This document shows positions 36,176 to 45,210 of a DNA stretch of 64,000 nucleotides, one piece after another. The DNA lies in contig CP070744.1 in the NCBI GenBank assembly GCA_020348265.1, positions 5,370,772-5,434,771 of the forward strand, in the 5' to 3' direction. Numbering within the stretch: position 1 is the first letter of the stretch; every line of letters starts with the position of its first letter. The notes beneath the pieces are model-generated. The model was given only the letters and a program-made list of their open reading frames with translations, did not search any database and was not told the DNA's origin. Source of the stretch: Phycisphaerales bacterium (GTDB lineage Bacteria > Planctomycetota > Phycisphaerae > UBA1845). The position numbers were made by a program, and so were the translations under genes.

Positions 36176-38416
36176 TCAAGGCCCCACGAAGGTCAGTTGA
36201 AACCGGGCGAAGTCGGCCAAGTCCACGTCGCCGTCGGCGTCATCGTCGGGGCAGGAGCAGCCCGGACCAGCAATTCCTGGGCCGGACAAGCAGTCCTCGA
36301 AGAGGTGATACTGTGCCAAGGTGTCACATAGCTCGATTTTGAAGGCGTTGGCGCTGGCACTTCCTGTGACGTAGACATTGGCAGAGTCGTCTACGACGAT
36401 GCCGTGCGGCTCCTCAAGCGTGTTACCCAGGTCATCTCCAGTCGAGTTGATGATCTGCGTGATGACCCCATTGGGCGTGATCTTGAAGACGTTGTCGCTC
36501 TTCAGTCCCGTGACGTAGACGTTGCCCCAGTCGTCTACAGTGATTCCGCGTGGCTGGTTAAGCATGTTTCCTGTCCCGTCGCCAGCGGAGTCCATGATCT
36601 CAGTGATGATGCCATTGGAGGTGATCTTGAAGGCGTTGTGCGTGTAGCGTCCTGCGACGTAGACGTTGCCCAAGAGGTCCACGGTAATGGCGCGAGGTTC
36701 GTCAAGCATGTTCCCCATCCCGTCGCCGGTCGCGTCGATGATCTCTGTGATGACCCCATCCGCCGTGATCTTGAAGGCGTTGGCGCTATGCCATCCTGTG
36801 ACGTAAGAGTTACCCGATTCGTCTACGGCGACTGCCCATGACGCCTCAAGTGTGTTGCCCATGCCGTCGCCAGTGGAATCGATGATCTGGGTGACCAACC
36901 CGTTCTGCGCGATCTTGAAGGCGTTGTAGCTGTGCATTCCAGTTACGTAGACGTTACCGGTGTGGTCCACAGCGATGCCGTACGGACGCTCAAGAACGTT
37001 TCCCATGCCGTCGCCACTGTAGTCGATGATCTGGGTGATTACGCCATCCGGCGTGATCTTGAAGGCGTTGTTGCTATAGACTCCAACGATGTAGGCGTTG
37101 CCCCAGTTGTCTACAGCGACGCCGTACGGGCCGTCAAGCGTGCTGCCCAGGCCGTCGCCTGTCGAGTCGATGATCTCGGCGATGACCCCATCTGGGGTGA
37201 TCTTAAATGCGTTGTCGCTGTAGAAGCCTGTAACGTAGACGTTACCCGAGTCGTCTACGTCGATGCCATAGGGTCGTTCCAGCGCGTGTCCCACGCCGCC
37301 CCCAGTGTAGTTGATGATCTCAGTAATTAGCCCATTCGGGGTGATCTTGAAGGCGTTGTCGCTCTTGTATCCTGTAACGTAAGTGTTATCCGAGTCGTCT
37401 ACGGTGATGCCCAACGGGCCGTCAAGCGTGTTGCCCATATTGTCTCCGGTCGAGTCGATGATCTCAGTGATGATCCCGTCGGGCGTGATTTTGAAGGCGT
37501 TGCGGCTCGAGTATCCAGTGACGTAGGTGTTGCCCGACTTGTCTGCGAAGACACGGTACGGCAGGGCGAGCCTGTTTCCCAGGGCGTCGCCTTTGGAGTC
37601 GATGATCTGGGTGATGAACCCTCCGGGCGAAATTCTGAAGGCGTTGTTGCTAAGCAGTCCAGTGACATAGGCGTTGCCAGAGTCGTCTACGGTAATGCCA
37701 TGCGGCCCGTCAAGCGTGTTCCCCATGGTGTCGCCAGTGGAGTCGATTATCTGGGTGATCACGCCAGCCGGCGTGATCTTGAAGACGTTGTTGCTGAAGG
37801 ATCCAGTGACATAGACGTTACCGGCGTGGTCCACAGCGATGCCATACGGGCGGTCAAGAATGTTTCCCCTGCCGTCGCCATTGGAGTCGATGATCTGGGT
37901 GATCACGCCATCCGGGGTGATCTTGAAGGCGTTATCGCTATATCCGCCAGTGACATAGGAGTTGCCGGATTTGTCCAGTGCGATGGCCCACGGACCCTGA
38001 AGCGTGTTCCCCAGGCCGTCGCCTGTCGAGTCGATGATCTGCATTATGATCCCATTGGGTGTGATTTTGAAGACATTGTGGCTATATCCTCCGGCGATGT
38101 ACACGTGTCCCTCATCATCCACGCCTATGGCGCTTGGTCGATCAAGTGTGTTCCCCGTGCCGTCACCAGTGAAGTTGATGATCTCGGTAATGATCCCGTC
38201 CGGCGTGATCTTGAAAGCGTTGTTGGTCCAGGATCCAGCGACGTAGGCGATGCCGGAGTCGTCTACGACGAGGTCGCTCGGCCCCTGAAGACCACGAGAG
38301 ATGATCTCCGTGACGTTCCTTGCGCCCGCCGACGTTGGAAAACAGGCAAGAACGAGAACAAAGACAAACCCCAGATTCCGGAACGGCAATACCGTCATGT
38401 GTCTCACCCCCATCAA
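36176..38416 (-). CDS. Secreted beta-propeller repeat protein (about 14 NHL/SBBP-like blades) with a dockerin-like C-terminal module
   Basis: Signal peptide, then about 14 x 48-aa repeats (NAFKITPDGxITxIIDSTGDGxGNTLDxPxGIAVDxSGNxYVTG). The C-terminus is CLSGPGIAGPGCSCPDDDADGDVDLADFARFQLTFVGP. Confidence 0.8.
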   Translation of the reverse strand: MMGVRHMTVLPFRNLGFVFVLVLACFPTSAGARNVTEIISRGLQGPSDLVVDDSGIAYVAGSWTNNAFKITPDGIITEIINFTGDGTGNTLDRPSAIGVDDEGHVYIAGGYSHNVFKITPNGIIMQIIDSTGDGLGNTLQGPWAIALDKSGNSYVTGGYSDNAFKITPDGVITQIIDSNGDGRGNILDRPYGIAVDHAGNVYVTGSFSNNVFKITPAGVITQIIDSTGDTMGNTLDGPHGITVDDSGNAYVTGLLSNNAFRISPGGFITQIIDSKGDALGNRLALPYRVFADKSGNTYVTGYSSRNAFKITPDGIITEIIDSTGDNMGNTLDGPLGITVDDSDNTYVTGYKSDNAFKITPNGLITEIINYTGGGVGHALERPYGIDVDDSGNVYVTGFYSDNAFKITPDGVIAEIIDSTGDGLGSTLDGPYGVAVDNWGNAYIVGVYSNNAFKITPDGVITQIIDYSGDGMGNVLERPYGIAVDHTGNVYVTGMHSYNAFKIAQNGLVTQIIDSTGDGMGNTLEASWAVAVDESGNSYVTGWHSANAFKITADGVITEIIDATGDGMGNMLDEPRAITVDLLGNVYVAGRYTHNAFKITSNGIITEIMDSAGDGTGNMLNQPRGITVDDWGNVYVTGLKSDNVFKITPNGVITQIINSTGDDLGNTLEEPHGIVVDDSANVYVTGSASANAFKIELCDTLAQYHLFEDCLSGPGIAGPGCSCPDDDADGDVDLADFARFQLTFVGP
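36329..38314. repeat. 144-bp tandem coding repeat array (about 14 copies) inside the propeller gene
   Basis: Recurrent DNA strings such as GTGATCTTGAAGGCGTTG at 144-nt periodicity, which corresponds to the 48-aa blades. Confidence 0.75.
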
Positions 38417-38685
38417 ATGGCTGCCTGTTATCGGACAATTATAGCAGTCAAAAACACCGTGGTCAATTGACCTAAGCCGCCCGATGTCTTCAAGAACGGG
38501 TGGTAGGTCTTCGCATCACCCGTGACCCGTTCATGTGGATCTGCCGATGGAGAGACTACCTGCCCCCGAAGCCGAAGAACGCGTGGTATTCTTGATTTCA
38601 ACTATAGCCCTCACCGGGTAGAATATCTCACCGGTATCCCGAGAGATCGAATCTTCAGCCACTAAGAACAAGGAGCAAGAACTCG

Positions 38686-39378
38686 ATGCCTCGCACACTC
38701 GCAGCCCCGGTCCGGAAAGCGATTGAAAAGGGTCTGCTTGATGTGCCTCCGCACTTAGCCTTGTTCTACGATCTCGATTTCCTCAGGAAGCGCATCGACA
38801 CCCTTCGCGAAGCCTTTCCACCGGAGACACTGCATGCTTTGGCGATCAAGGCGTGCCCGGTGACCGAGTTGCTCCGCCGCACGTCCTGAATGGGCTGCGG
38901 GGCGGAGGCAGCCACGGCGGCAGAGCTCGAGCAGGCTTTGCGCGCGGGCTTCGCGCCGCAACGCATGGTCTTCGATTCACCAGCAAAGACCGTTGAGAAA
39001 TTACACAGGGCTATTACGTGCGGGGTCCACATCAACGCCGACAGTCTGCAGGAACTGGATCGCATAGCAACACTGGTTAAGGACGGTTTGCAGCCGACAT
39101 CGATCGGCGCGAGAGTCAACCCCAAAGTCGGCGCCGGGGAGATTGAGGCCACGAGTACAGCCGTGCCCGGCTCCAAGTTCGGTGTGTCTCTCCGCGACAA
39201 CTCTGTCGAACTGCGTGATCGCTTCAAGCGGTATCCCTGGCTGACCGGCCTGCACGTACATGTAGGGTCGCAGGGATGTGACGTGGAACTCCTGACAGAG
39301 GGCTGGGTGCCCCATCCTTGCGCAGCAAGGGTGGGGCACCTCACACCCTGTGCTGACAGCGCAGCGCTTCCCCGATAA
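38686..39378 (+). pseudogene. Decayed group IV (alanine-racemase-fold) PLP-dependent decarboxylase (LysA/ODC-like)
   Basis: Two same-frame ORFs are separated by an in-frame TGA at 38887-38889. The motifs ALAIKACP (compare YAVKANP), GCGAEAATAAEL and HVHVGSQ are present. The C-terminal ~200 aa expected after HVHVGSQ are missing, and the reading frame ends in a palindromic element. Confidence 0.7.
39307..39339. repeat. 15-bp-stem palindrome at the truncation point of the decarboxylase pseudogene
   Basis: GTGCCCCATCCTTGC-GCA-GCAAGGGTGGGGCAC, with one G-T mismatch. Confidence 0.5.
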
Positions 39379-39399
39379 TGCACGAGTTGCCTCGGGCTC

Positions 39400-40479
39400 T
39401 TACCGACCGCCGCCCATCAACAACAGAAGCATGCCGCCGGCGTAAGTGAGAGCGATGAGAATAGAGTCGAACCCGAACCACTTGAGGATGATGCGCTTGC
39501 TCTTGCACGCCAGACCGCCCAAGGCGATGGCTGTAAGAAGGATGGCCAATAGCCCGGTGATCAGGTTCTGAGTTCCGCTAAACGACCCTTCCGCCAGCAG
39601 CAGAGGGCTGCCGTCGCATACGGAGACTATCTTGAGGAAAGGTACGACGAAGATGTTGAACATGTTCGACCCGAAGATGTTGCCCAAGGCGAGGTCCAGA
39701 TTGCCCAAGCGCACTGCGGCTACGCTGGTGGCGATCTCGGGAAGGGAGGTAGCAAGTGCCAGAAAGCAGGCACCAACGAAGGTCGCACCCAACGGTCGGC
39801 CGATCATTTCTATCTTGTGGGTGCTGAGCACGTCGCCGATGAGGGCCAACCACCATGAGGCAGCCACCAGGATCGTGGCCAGAGCTGCAAGCTTAACCCA
39901 GACTGCGGATTCAACTTGCGGACGCTCGCCTGCGACCTCCTCGGAAAGTCTCTGATCACGTTCAAAACGATACACCAGCTTCATGCAACCCAGATAGGTC
40001 ACAGCAATCAGGGCGACCCAACACAACTCGACGATCTGGGCGAATTCTCGGCTGGCCGCGAACTTGTCGAGCAGCACTATGCCAAGCAGTGCCTCGCCGA
40101 TGAGCAGCAGCCCGAACGAGCTGGTAAGCGAGTGCCCCGCCCCGACTCCGCTCAAGACGGAACCACCTCTCCAAAGGAGGTTGAGAAGGAAAATGAGAGT
40201 GATGTTGAAGCAACAACTTCCCAGTATGCCTCCGAGGGCCAGATCGACGTTTCCAATGGCGGTGGCGGTCCCGCCGGTGATCAGTTCGGGCAGGCTGGTA
40301 ACGGTAGCTAGCAGGATCAGTCCGATCCACCCGCTGGCGATATTCAGTCGGTCGGCCAGTTGATCCGCCATCCGGGTCAGTTTTGAACCCGCTACGATGA
40401 CTACCGCAGCCGCCAGGGCAAACTCGACGAACAGCGCCCAGGTGGAAAGGTTGTCAGCAAAGATCATCTTCGATAGCAA
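39400..40479 (-). CDS. Ca2+/Na+ (CaCA/YrbG-type) antiporter
   Basis: Polytopic protein with two alpha-repeat signatures (TSLPELITGGTA; TSLPEIATSVAAV). Confidence 0.85.
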   Translation of the reverse strand: MLSKMIFADNLSTWALFVEFALAAAVVIVAGSKLTRMADQLADRLNIASGWIGLILLATVTSLPELITGGTATAIGNVDLALGGILGSCCFNITLIFLLNLLWRGGSVLSGVGAGHSLTSSFGLLLIGEALLGIVLLDKFAASREFAQIVELCWVALIAVTYLGCMKLVYRFERDQRLSEEVAGERPQVESAVWVKLAALATILVAASWWLALIGDVLSTHKIEMIGRPLGATFVGACFLALATSLPEIATSVAAVRLGNLDLALGNIFGSNMFNIFVVPFLKIVSVCDGSPLLLAEGSFSGTQNLITGLLAILLTAIALGGLACKSKRIILKWFGFDSILIALTYAGGMLLLLMGGGR

Positions 40480-40632
40480 AGCGGGCGATCCTTCTGAGTC
40501 CCTGGCTTAGCCGGTCCAAGTATGAAGATTGTATCGGCCGTGGGGGCGACTGGCCAATTATAGGATTCGGTGCACTTTGGAAACGATCCAAATCACCTGG
40601 CGATTTGGGCGGTAACCTTCGTGTTTGTACAG

Positions 40633-40673
40633 CATGGCGGCGCCCGCGTTCCGCGAGCTTGGCCATGGCACTC
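40633..40673. repeat. REP-like element, family A (degenerate, inverted unit)
   Basis: CATGGCGGCG-CCCGCGTTCCGCGAG-CTTGGCCATGGCACTC aligns with CATGGCGGCG-TCCCGGCGCGCCGGGA-CTTAGCCATGGCACTC at 7909-7950. Confidence 0.55.
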
Positions 40674-40700
40674 GCGCGGAAGACGGATACGGAGTTTGCA

Positions 40701-40955
40701 CTAATGGGCTATGAAGAAGCGGGCGTCGGTACCTTCGGGACCGACGCGAAGCGTTACCTCGCGAGTGCACCGCGGACATCGAGCCCGGTAGGTCGTACCG
40801 TCCCGATTGCGATATGCTCGCACGTACGCGCCACAACAGTCGAACCGTATGCCGACCCAGGGGCGCCCGCGCAATTCGCTTCCTGTGACGGTATCGCGGT
40901 CCGCGCCATCGATCCCTTCGACATCCACGCGATAGGGCGGCTCTTCACTCATCAA
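40701..40955 (-). CDS. Small Cys-rich (zinc-ribbon-like) protein
   Basis: 84 aa with CC...CPRC spacing. The start lies 5 nt after the stop of the upstream cyclodeaminase gene, which suggests co-transcription. No family was recognised. Confidence 0.5.
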   Translation of the reverse strand: MMSEEPPYRVDVEGIDGADRDTVTGSELRGRPWVGIRFDCCGAYVRAYRNRDGTTYRARCPRCTREVTLRVGPEGTDARFFIAH

Positions 40956-40960
40956 CGGGA

Positions 40961-41602
40961 TTATCGGCTTGCGGGAGGGTCAATCTCTAGGCGGTCCGCG
41001 ACCGTGGCTTCAATCGACTCACGGTGCTGGGCACAGTGTTCCAGCATGGCTCCGAGATCGCTGAGAACCTTCGCCTTTACCGACGCGTCGGTGATTTCAC
41101 GGGCGTTGACTAGCACACTGTAGGCGGCGGCGCGGGCGGCGGCATCTGCGAGAACAGCCGCTATGCCCAGGTCGCTTATCAGGTACTTGCTTGCGATTCC
41201 CGCGAACTCGGCCATAGTGGACAGCGCGGCGGAGGATATCGCAGCCATCTCCATAGGTACGGCAATTGCGGCCAAGACCGCGTCTTGATAGGCCGATTGG
41301 GTCGACGGATCTTCCCCTTTTGCCTTGGCGGCGTCCGCCATTGTCTTGTAGGCTTCGGCGTCGCGGGTGATCAAAGCCCGCATGAGTTGATCAGCCCTTG
41401 CGAGATGTGCCATCACCGCCTCGACCTGCCGGCGTTTCTCCGGTCCGGTCTTTTTACCCACCGAATACGCTGCCACCATACGCCCCATCGCGCAGGCAGC
41501 TGCGCCGGCAAGACCGGTCACCCCCCCACCGCCGGGCGTGGGCGTCCGATCGGCTACCTGATCGAGAAACTTGGCCACATTCAATTGCGTAAAGTCATCC
41601 AT
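40961..41602 (-). CDS. Cyclodeaminase/cyclohydrolase family protein (FTCD C-terminal domain, FchA-like)
   Basis: FLDQVADRTPTPGGGGVTGLAGAAACAMGRMVA is the characteristic FTCD_C N-terminal motif. Confidence 0.85.
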   Translation of the reverse strand: MDDFTQLNVAKFLDQVADRTPTPGGGGVTGLAGAAACAMGRMVAAYSVGKKTGPEKRRQVEAVMAHLARADQLMRALITRDAEAYKTMADAAKAKGEDPSTQSAYQDAVLAAIAVPMEMAAISSAALSTMAEFAGIASKYLISDLGIAAVLADAAARAAAYSVLVNAREITDASVKAKVLSDLGAMLEHCAQHRESIEATVADRLEIDPPASR

Positions 41603-41765
41603 AAAGCATCCCTGCGGAAAGACCTACCGTCGATTAGTCTACGGTGTCGCATGATAGCAGACTCACCTCGGCTTGCCAGCTGAGTGGGAACACCTCTTGA
41701 GGTCGGCGACTCGGCGCGTCCGGTTATCGGGACGACTCTACAATCGAATTGCTGGTAGCTACGAG

Positions 41766-42695
41766 TCAGTCAGTGCCGGCGGGTCCCTTAAGATGCTTGT
41801 CGAACCAGTCGGCGATGGTAGGCATGTCGTCCTTCCAGCCTTTGAAGATGTGGCTAGCGCCGGGTTTGACCACGAGGCTTGCGTGGACGCCCGCGTCTTC
41901 GAGCTTCTTTAGGAAAGTCTCAGACTGCTGGATCGGCACCATCATATCGGCGTCGCCGTGAATGATGAGCGTAGGCGCGTCGTCCTCTGAGACGTGCGTG
42001 ATCGGTGAAATCCGGCGACCGATCTCCCTTATTCTTTTCTCGTCGATAATTCGCTCGAAGGTCTTCGTGCTGGCATTGAGCTTGTGGAAGTCAAAGGCCG
42101 GTCGGTAGTACTCCAGGATGCCCCGCCCGATGGCATCCTCGCCGACAACGCCGTAGTTGAGGAAATCCGTCGGGGGGAAGAAGCAGGCAACTGCTTGTAC
42201 GCGACTGGAGACGCGCTCGAGCGGGTCCTTCGCAGCGGGGTCTCCCTCGCGACCCGACGTGCCCAAAAGAAGCGAAAGATGACCGCCCGAAGAAACGCCC
42301 GTTGCGCCTATGCAATCACCTTTGATGCTGTAGTCCTTCGCATGCGATCGGATGAAGCGCACAGCGCGATGCATGTCCTCGATGGCTTCGGGGATGGTGA
42401 ACTTCGGTTTGCTGCCATGGGCAACGGCAAATACGGTGTAGCCATGCTCCAACAGTTCGCCTACGGGCATGTTGTCGGCCAACTCGTGCGTCGAGCCCCA
42501 CCCCAGACTCGACACGAAGATGACTCCACATCCGTTGGCGCCACGTTTTGGCGTGAACACATCCAGGGTAAGAGCCATGCCGTACTTTCGGCCGTAGATG
42601 ACATCTTTGGTGCGCGTGTGCTGCTGCGTAGTCTCTACACCTTGTGCCGCCGCAGCGAGTGAAGCCAGTATGAGGACAATGGACGATCGAAGCAT
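41766..42695 (-). CDS. Secreted alpha/beta hydrolase (esterase/peptidase S9-like)
   Basis: Signal peptide, nucleophile elbow GVSSGGH, and C-terminal IHGDADMMVP. Confidence 0.8.
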   Translation of the reverse strand: MLRSSIVLILASLAAAAQGVETTQQHTRTKDVIYGRKYGMALTLDVFTPKRGANGCGVIFVSSLGWGSTHELADNMPVGELLEHGYTVFAVAHGSKPKFTIPEAIEDMHRAVRFIRSHAKDYSIKGDCIGATGVSSGGHLSLLLGTSGREGDPAAKDPLERVSSRVQAVACFFPPTDFLNYGVVGEDAIGRGILEYYRPAFDFHKLNASTKTFERIIDEKRIREIGRRISPITHVSEDDAPTLIIHGDADMMVPIQQSETFLKKLEDAGVHASLVVKPGASHIFKGWKDDMPTIADWFDKHLKGPAGTD

Positions 42696-42998
42696 ATCCT
42701 TTCTCCTTGCTTGGAACTGTCTCAGTCTGTGCTGGTAATCTCTTTCGCAAGTCCTGCGACTATGGGGGATAGAGGAGCCACCGGCCTCATGCCCCGCGGC
42801 TCACATCGTCGTGGAACTTGTGAAACACGCTGCTAGTACGAAAGGGCTACCTTTGCCACTGCTGGTACAACAAGACCACGAATTGACGCGGTTCAGTCAT
42901 TCAGAGCACGGGGCGCAAAGCCCGGTGACATCGTTAGACAGCGAAGCTGGAATGTCCGCAGGCTTTGCCCCTGTGGCTCTGATCTTGGCTCTGTCGTA

Positions 42999-43937
42999 CT
43001 AGTGCTTGGCGTCAGCTACCGCGGACGGTTTGCAGGAGTCCGAAGCGTTCACTTCGTATCTGGTTACTTCGCTTTTGTTCTTCAAGGTTGTCAGATCAAT
43101 AGCGCCGGAGTCGTAGTCTCTGATAGCCCCGACGGGTATGCGGATGATGAGGTGGTACTTGGCCATGTGTGCTCGCGAAGTGAGAAGAGCGGCCGGGATA
43201 TCTGTAACGACGTAAGGGACGATCCAACTGCTAGGGATCCGTCCCTCGACATTAGCCACCAGGAATATTGACTCGTTGGAGGTTAACTGGGTCATCTTTG
43301 ATCCATAGTCCCCCACCGTCTTCAACAAGACCTCTACGGTCCTATCCAGATCATCTTCGTCCAGAACGTAGCGGGTGCGTGTGCTCGTTGAGCCGATGTT
43401 CCACACTACTCGTGGATGGTCGCCACGGATCTCGGTCTTGACCGCGTTCCAGAGATCCTCGCTCTCCCGGTCTTCGTCCTCCACTAGAGTTTCCTTCTTG
43501 AGCTGGGTTGAGAACTTGATCGTGTACATTACTCCGGTACCGGGCACGTAGAACCCCTCGATGTTAAAATTGGAGGGCAACGTGGCGGCCGATAGGGCGA
43601 TTTGATGACGCGGCAGGTAGCGCAGGTAGTCATTTATGCCCAGGGCATACTGGCGGGTCATGACCGACGATTCGAGGACCGATCCCTCCACCTTACCGAT
43701 GACGTTCGCGATGACCGGCAGGGCTTCAAGGGCAGCCTCGTCCGAATCCAGTTTCTTCGCGTTGAAGTGGTCTTGCAGGGCCTTCCCCAGAATACGCTGC
43801 ATGATTTCGATGTCTTCGGCCATAGCGGCGTAATCCAGTTCGGAGTCTCTCTCCGTGCCAACGGCGGCGTGGGCGAGCGTTCCGTTGATCACGGCGACGG
43901 CCACTAATGCAAATAAAGTCTTGCGCATCATTGTCAT
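42999..43937 (-). CDS. Hypothetical secreted protein downstream of the ECF sigma/anti-sigma pair
   Basis: Signal peptide (LFALVAVAVINGTLAHA). The start lies 5 nt after the anti-sigma stop. No family was recognised. Confidence 0.6.
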   Translation of the reverse strand: MTMMRKTLFALVAVAVINGTLAHAAVGTERDSELDYAAMAEDIEIMQRILGKALQDHFNAKKLDSDEAALEALPVIANVIGKVEGSVLESSVMTRQYALGINDYLRYLPRHQIALSAATLPSNFNIEGFYVPGTGVMYTIKFSTQLKKETLVEDEDRESEDLWNAVKTEIRGDHPRVVWNIGSTSTRTRYVLDEDDLDRTVEVLLKTVGDYGSKMTQLTSNESIFLVANVEGRIPSSWIVPYVVTDIPAALLTSRAHMAKYHLIIRIPVGAIRDYDSGAIDLTTLKNKSEVTRYEVNASDSCKPSAVADAKH

Positions 43938-43942
43938 TCCTT

Positions 43943-44656
43943 TCAGTTTAGTTCGTTCTTCCGACTGATTGCCGGGTTTTCCTGTGAGAGGTGAGTCCAG
44001 AGATCATCCAGGGCGCGGTTTGTATAGCGGACTTCACGCTCCAAGCCTCCCGCAAGTGCCTGGAACATCACCATCTGATGACGCCAGTCTTCGTCTCGGC
44101 GAACATCGACTGCGCCAACCAACGCTAGGCGGCGTTCTTCCTGCTGCCGCTCGAACTCGACCAGATTCTCCTGGATCACAGTCAGAAGAGAGTTGCAGCG
44201 GATGTCCGCTTCCTCTCTTGCCACCGCTCTGAGCATTGGCACGGCTGTATTCAGATCTTGACCGAGATAGGATGCCGACATCGAGCCACGCCCGAGCGTT
44301 ACAACCAGCTGTCCGTCGGCGTATTGCCAGTCGGTTCCCACCCAACCCAGGATGGCGAATACAATTACGGCTGCTGCAGCACCTACGAGGACCGGACGCA
44401 GCCGAATGGGCAACCTGCTTTCCACCGATGAGTGCGTCTTGAACGGTTCGGCTGTCTCAGGCGCTTCGACCGACCAGGAATCGAGCAAGCGGAGTGTTCG
44501 GCGGAAGCCTTCGAGTTCATCGCGACATTGCTGACAAGCCTCGACGTGCTGCTCGATCAGTTGTCGAGATTCCCCATCAAGCTCGTCGTAAAGCAGCGTG
44601 GGCAACTCCTCGCGCACTGTCTGACAATCCACTTGTTTGGTGTTGTCGTTCTTCAT
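43943..44656 (-). CDS. Anti-sigma factor (zf-HC2 type, single TM)
   Basis: HVEACQQCRDELEGF (an HxxxCxxC zinc motif), a central TM helix (VLVGAAAAVIVFAILGWV), and a 4-nt overlap with the sigma gene. Confidence 0.7.
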   Translation of the reverse strand: MKNDNTKQVDCQTVREELPTLLYDELDGESRQLIEQHVEACQQCRDELEGFRRTLRLLDSWSVEAPETAEPFKTHSSVESRLPIRLRPVLVGAAAAVIVFAILGWVGTDWQYADGQLVVTLGRGSMSASYLGQDLNTAVPMLRAVAREEADIRCNSLLTVIQENLVEFERQQEERRLALVGAVDVRRDEDWRHQMVMFQALAGGLEREVRYTNRALDDLWTHLSQENPAISRKNELN

Positions 44657-45210
44657 TCTGCCACATCCTTAAGTTGCTCTTGCAGAAGCCGGAGTCCCTG
44701 GGCCATTCGCGACTTCACCGTGGAAACAGGGGCATCGAGAATCTCGGCGATTCGAGCGAACGGCAAGTCCTGATAGTGCCGCATGACTACTACCTCTCGC
44801 ACGGCAGTTGGGAGCGAGGCCACAGCCTGCGCGACCCGACTGCTCGTTTCCGCCCGTTCACCGGCCCGGCACGCCGACTGTGCGAATCTGCCTTCGCCCC
44901 GGATGTCACCTGTCTGTTCGCCCAGGACCCTATCGCGGACCCGACGCGAGCGCATTCGATCACGACACAGGTTCACCACAATCCGATGGAACCAAGTCGA
45001 GAAAGAAGCCTTCCCGTTGAATTCCGCGAGCCCCTTGAAGGCTCGCATCAGGGCCGTCTGCTTGATGTCGTCAGACTCGGCGGCATCGAGGGTCAGACGA
45101 TAGGCCAGCGAATACGCCTTCCCTTCCCAGCGCCTTGCCAGGGGCGAAAAGGCGCCTTTATCACCTCTGCGGAACCGCTGCACTAACTCAGCGTCGGTGA
45201 GGTCATTCAT
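44653..45210 (-). CDS. ECF (sigma-24 type) RNA polymerase sigma factor
   Basis: Region 2 (FSTWFHRIVVNLCRDRMR) and region 4 HTH (LPFARIAEILDAPVSTVKSRM). Confidence 0.9.
   Translation of the reverse strand: MNDLTDAELVQRFRRGDKGAFSPLARRWEGKAYSLAYRLTLDAAESDDIKQTALMRAFKGLAEFNGKASFSTWFHRIVVNLCRDRMRSRRVRDRVLGEQTGDIRGEGRFAQSACRAGERAETSSRVAQAVASLPTAVREVVVMRHYQDLPFARIAEILDAPVSTVKSRMAQGLRLLQEQLKDVAE

Noticed and set aside
36176-38416. Propeller repeat variability as a diversity-generating retroelement target.
   Set aside because: There is no reverse transcriptase, no template repeat outside the gene, and no adenine-specific mismatch pattern. The repeats are ordinary blade duplications.
38887-38889. In-frame TGA in the decarboxylase read as selenocysteine or programmed read-through.
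   Set aside because: I saw no obvious SECIS-like hairpin just downstream. The position is not a catalytic Cys site in this family. The gene is also 3'-truncated, so pseudogenisation is the simpler explanation.
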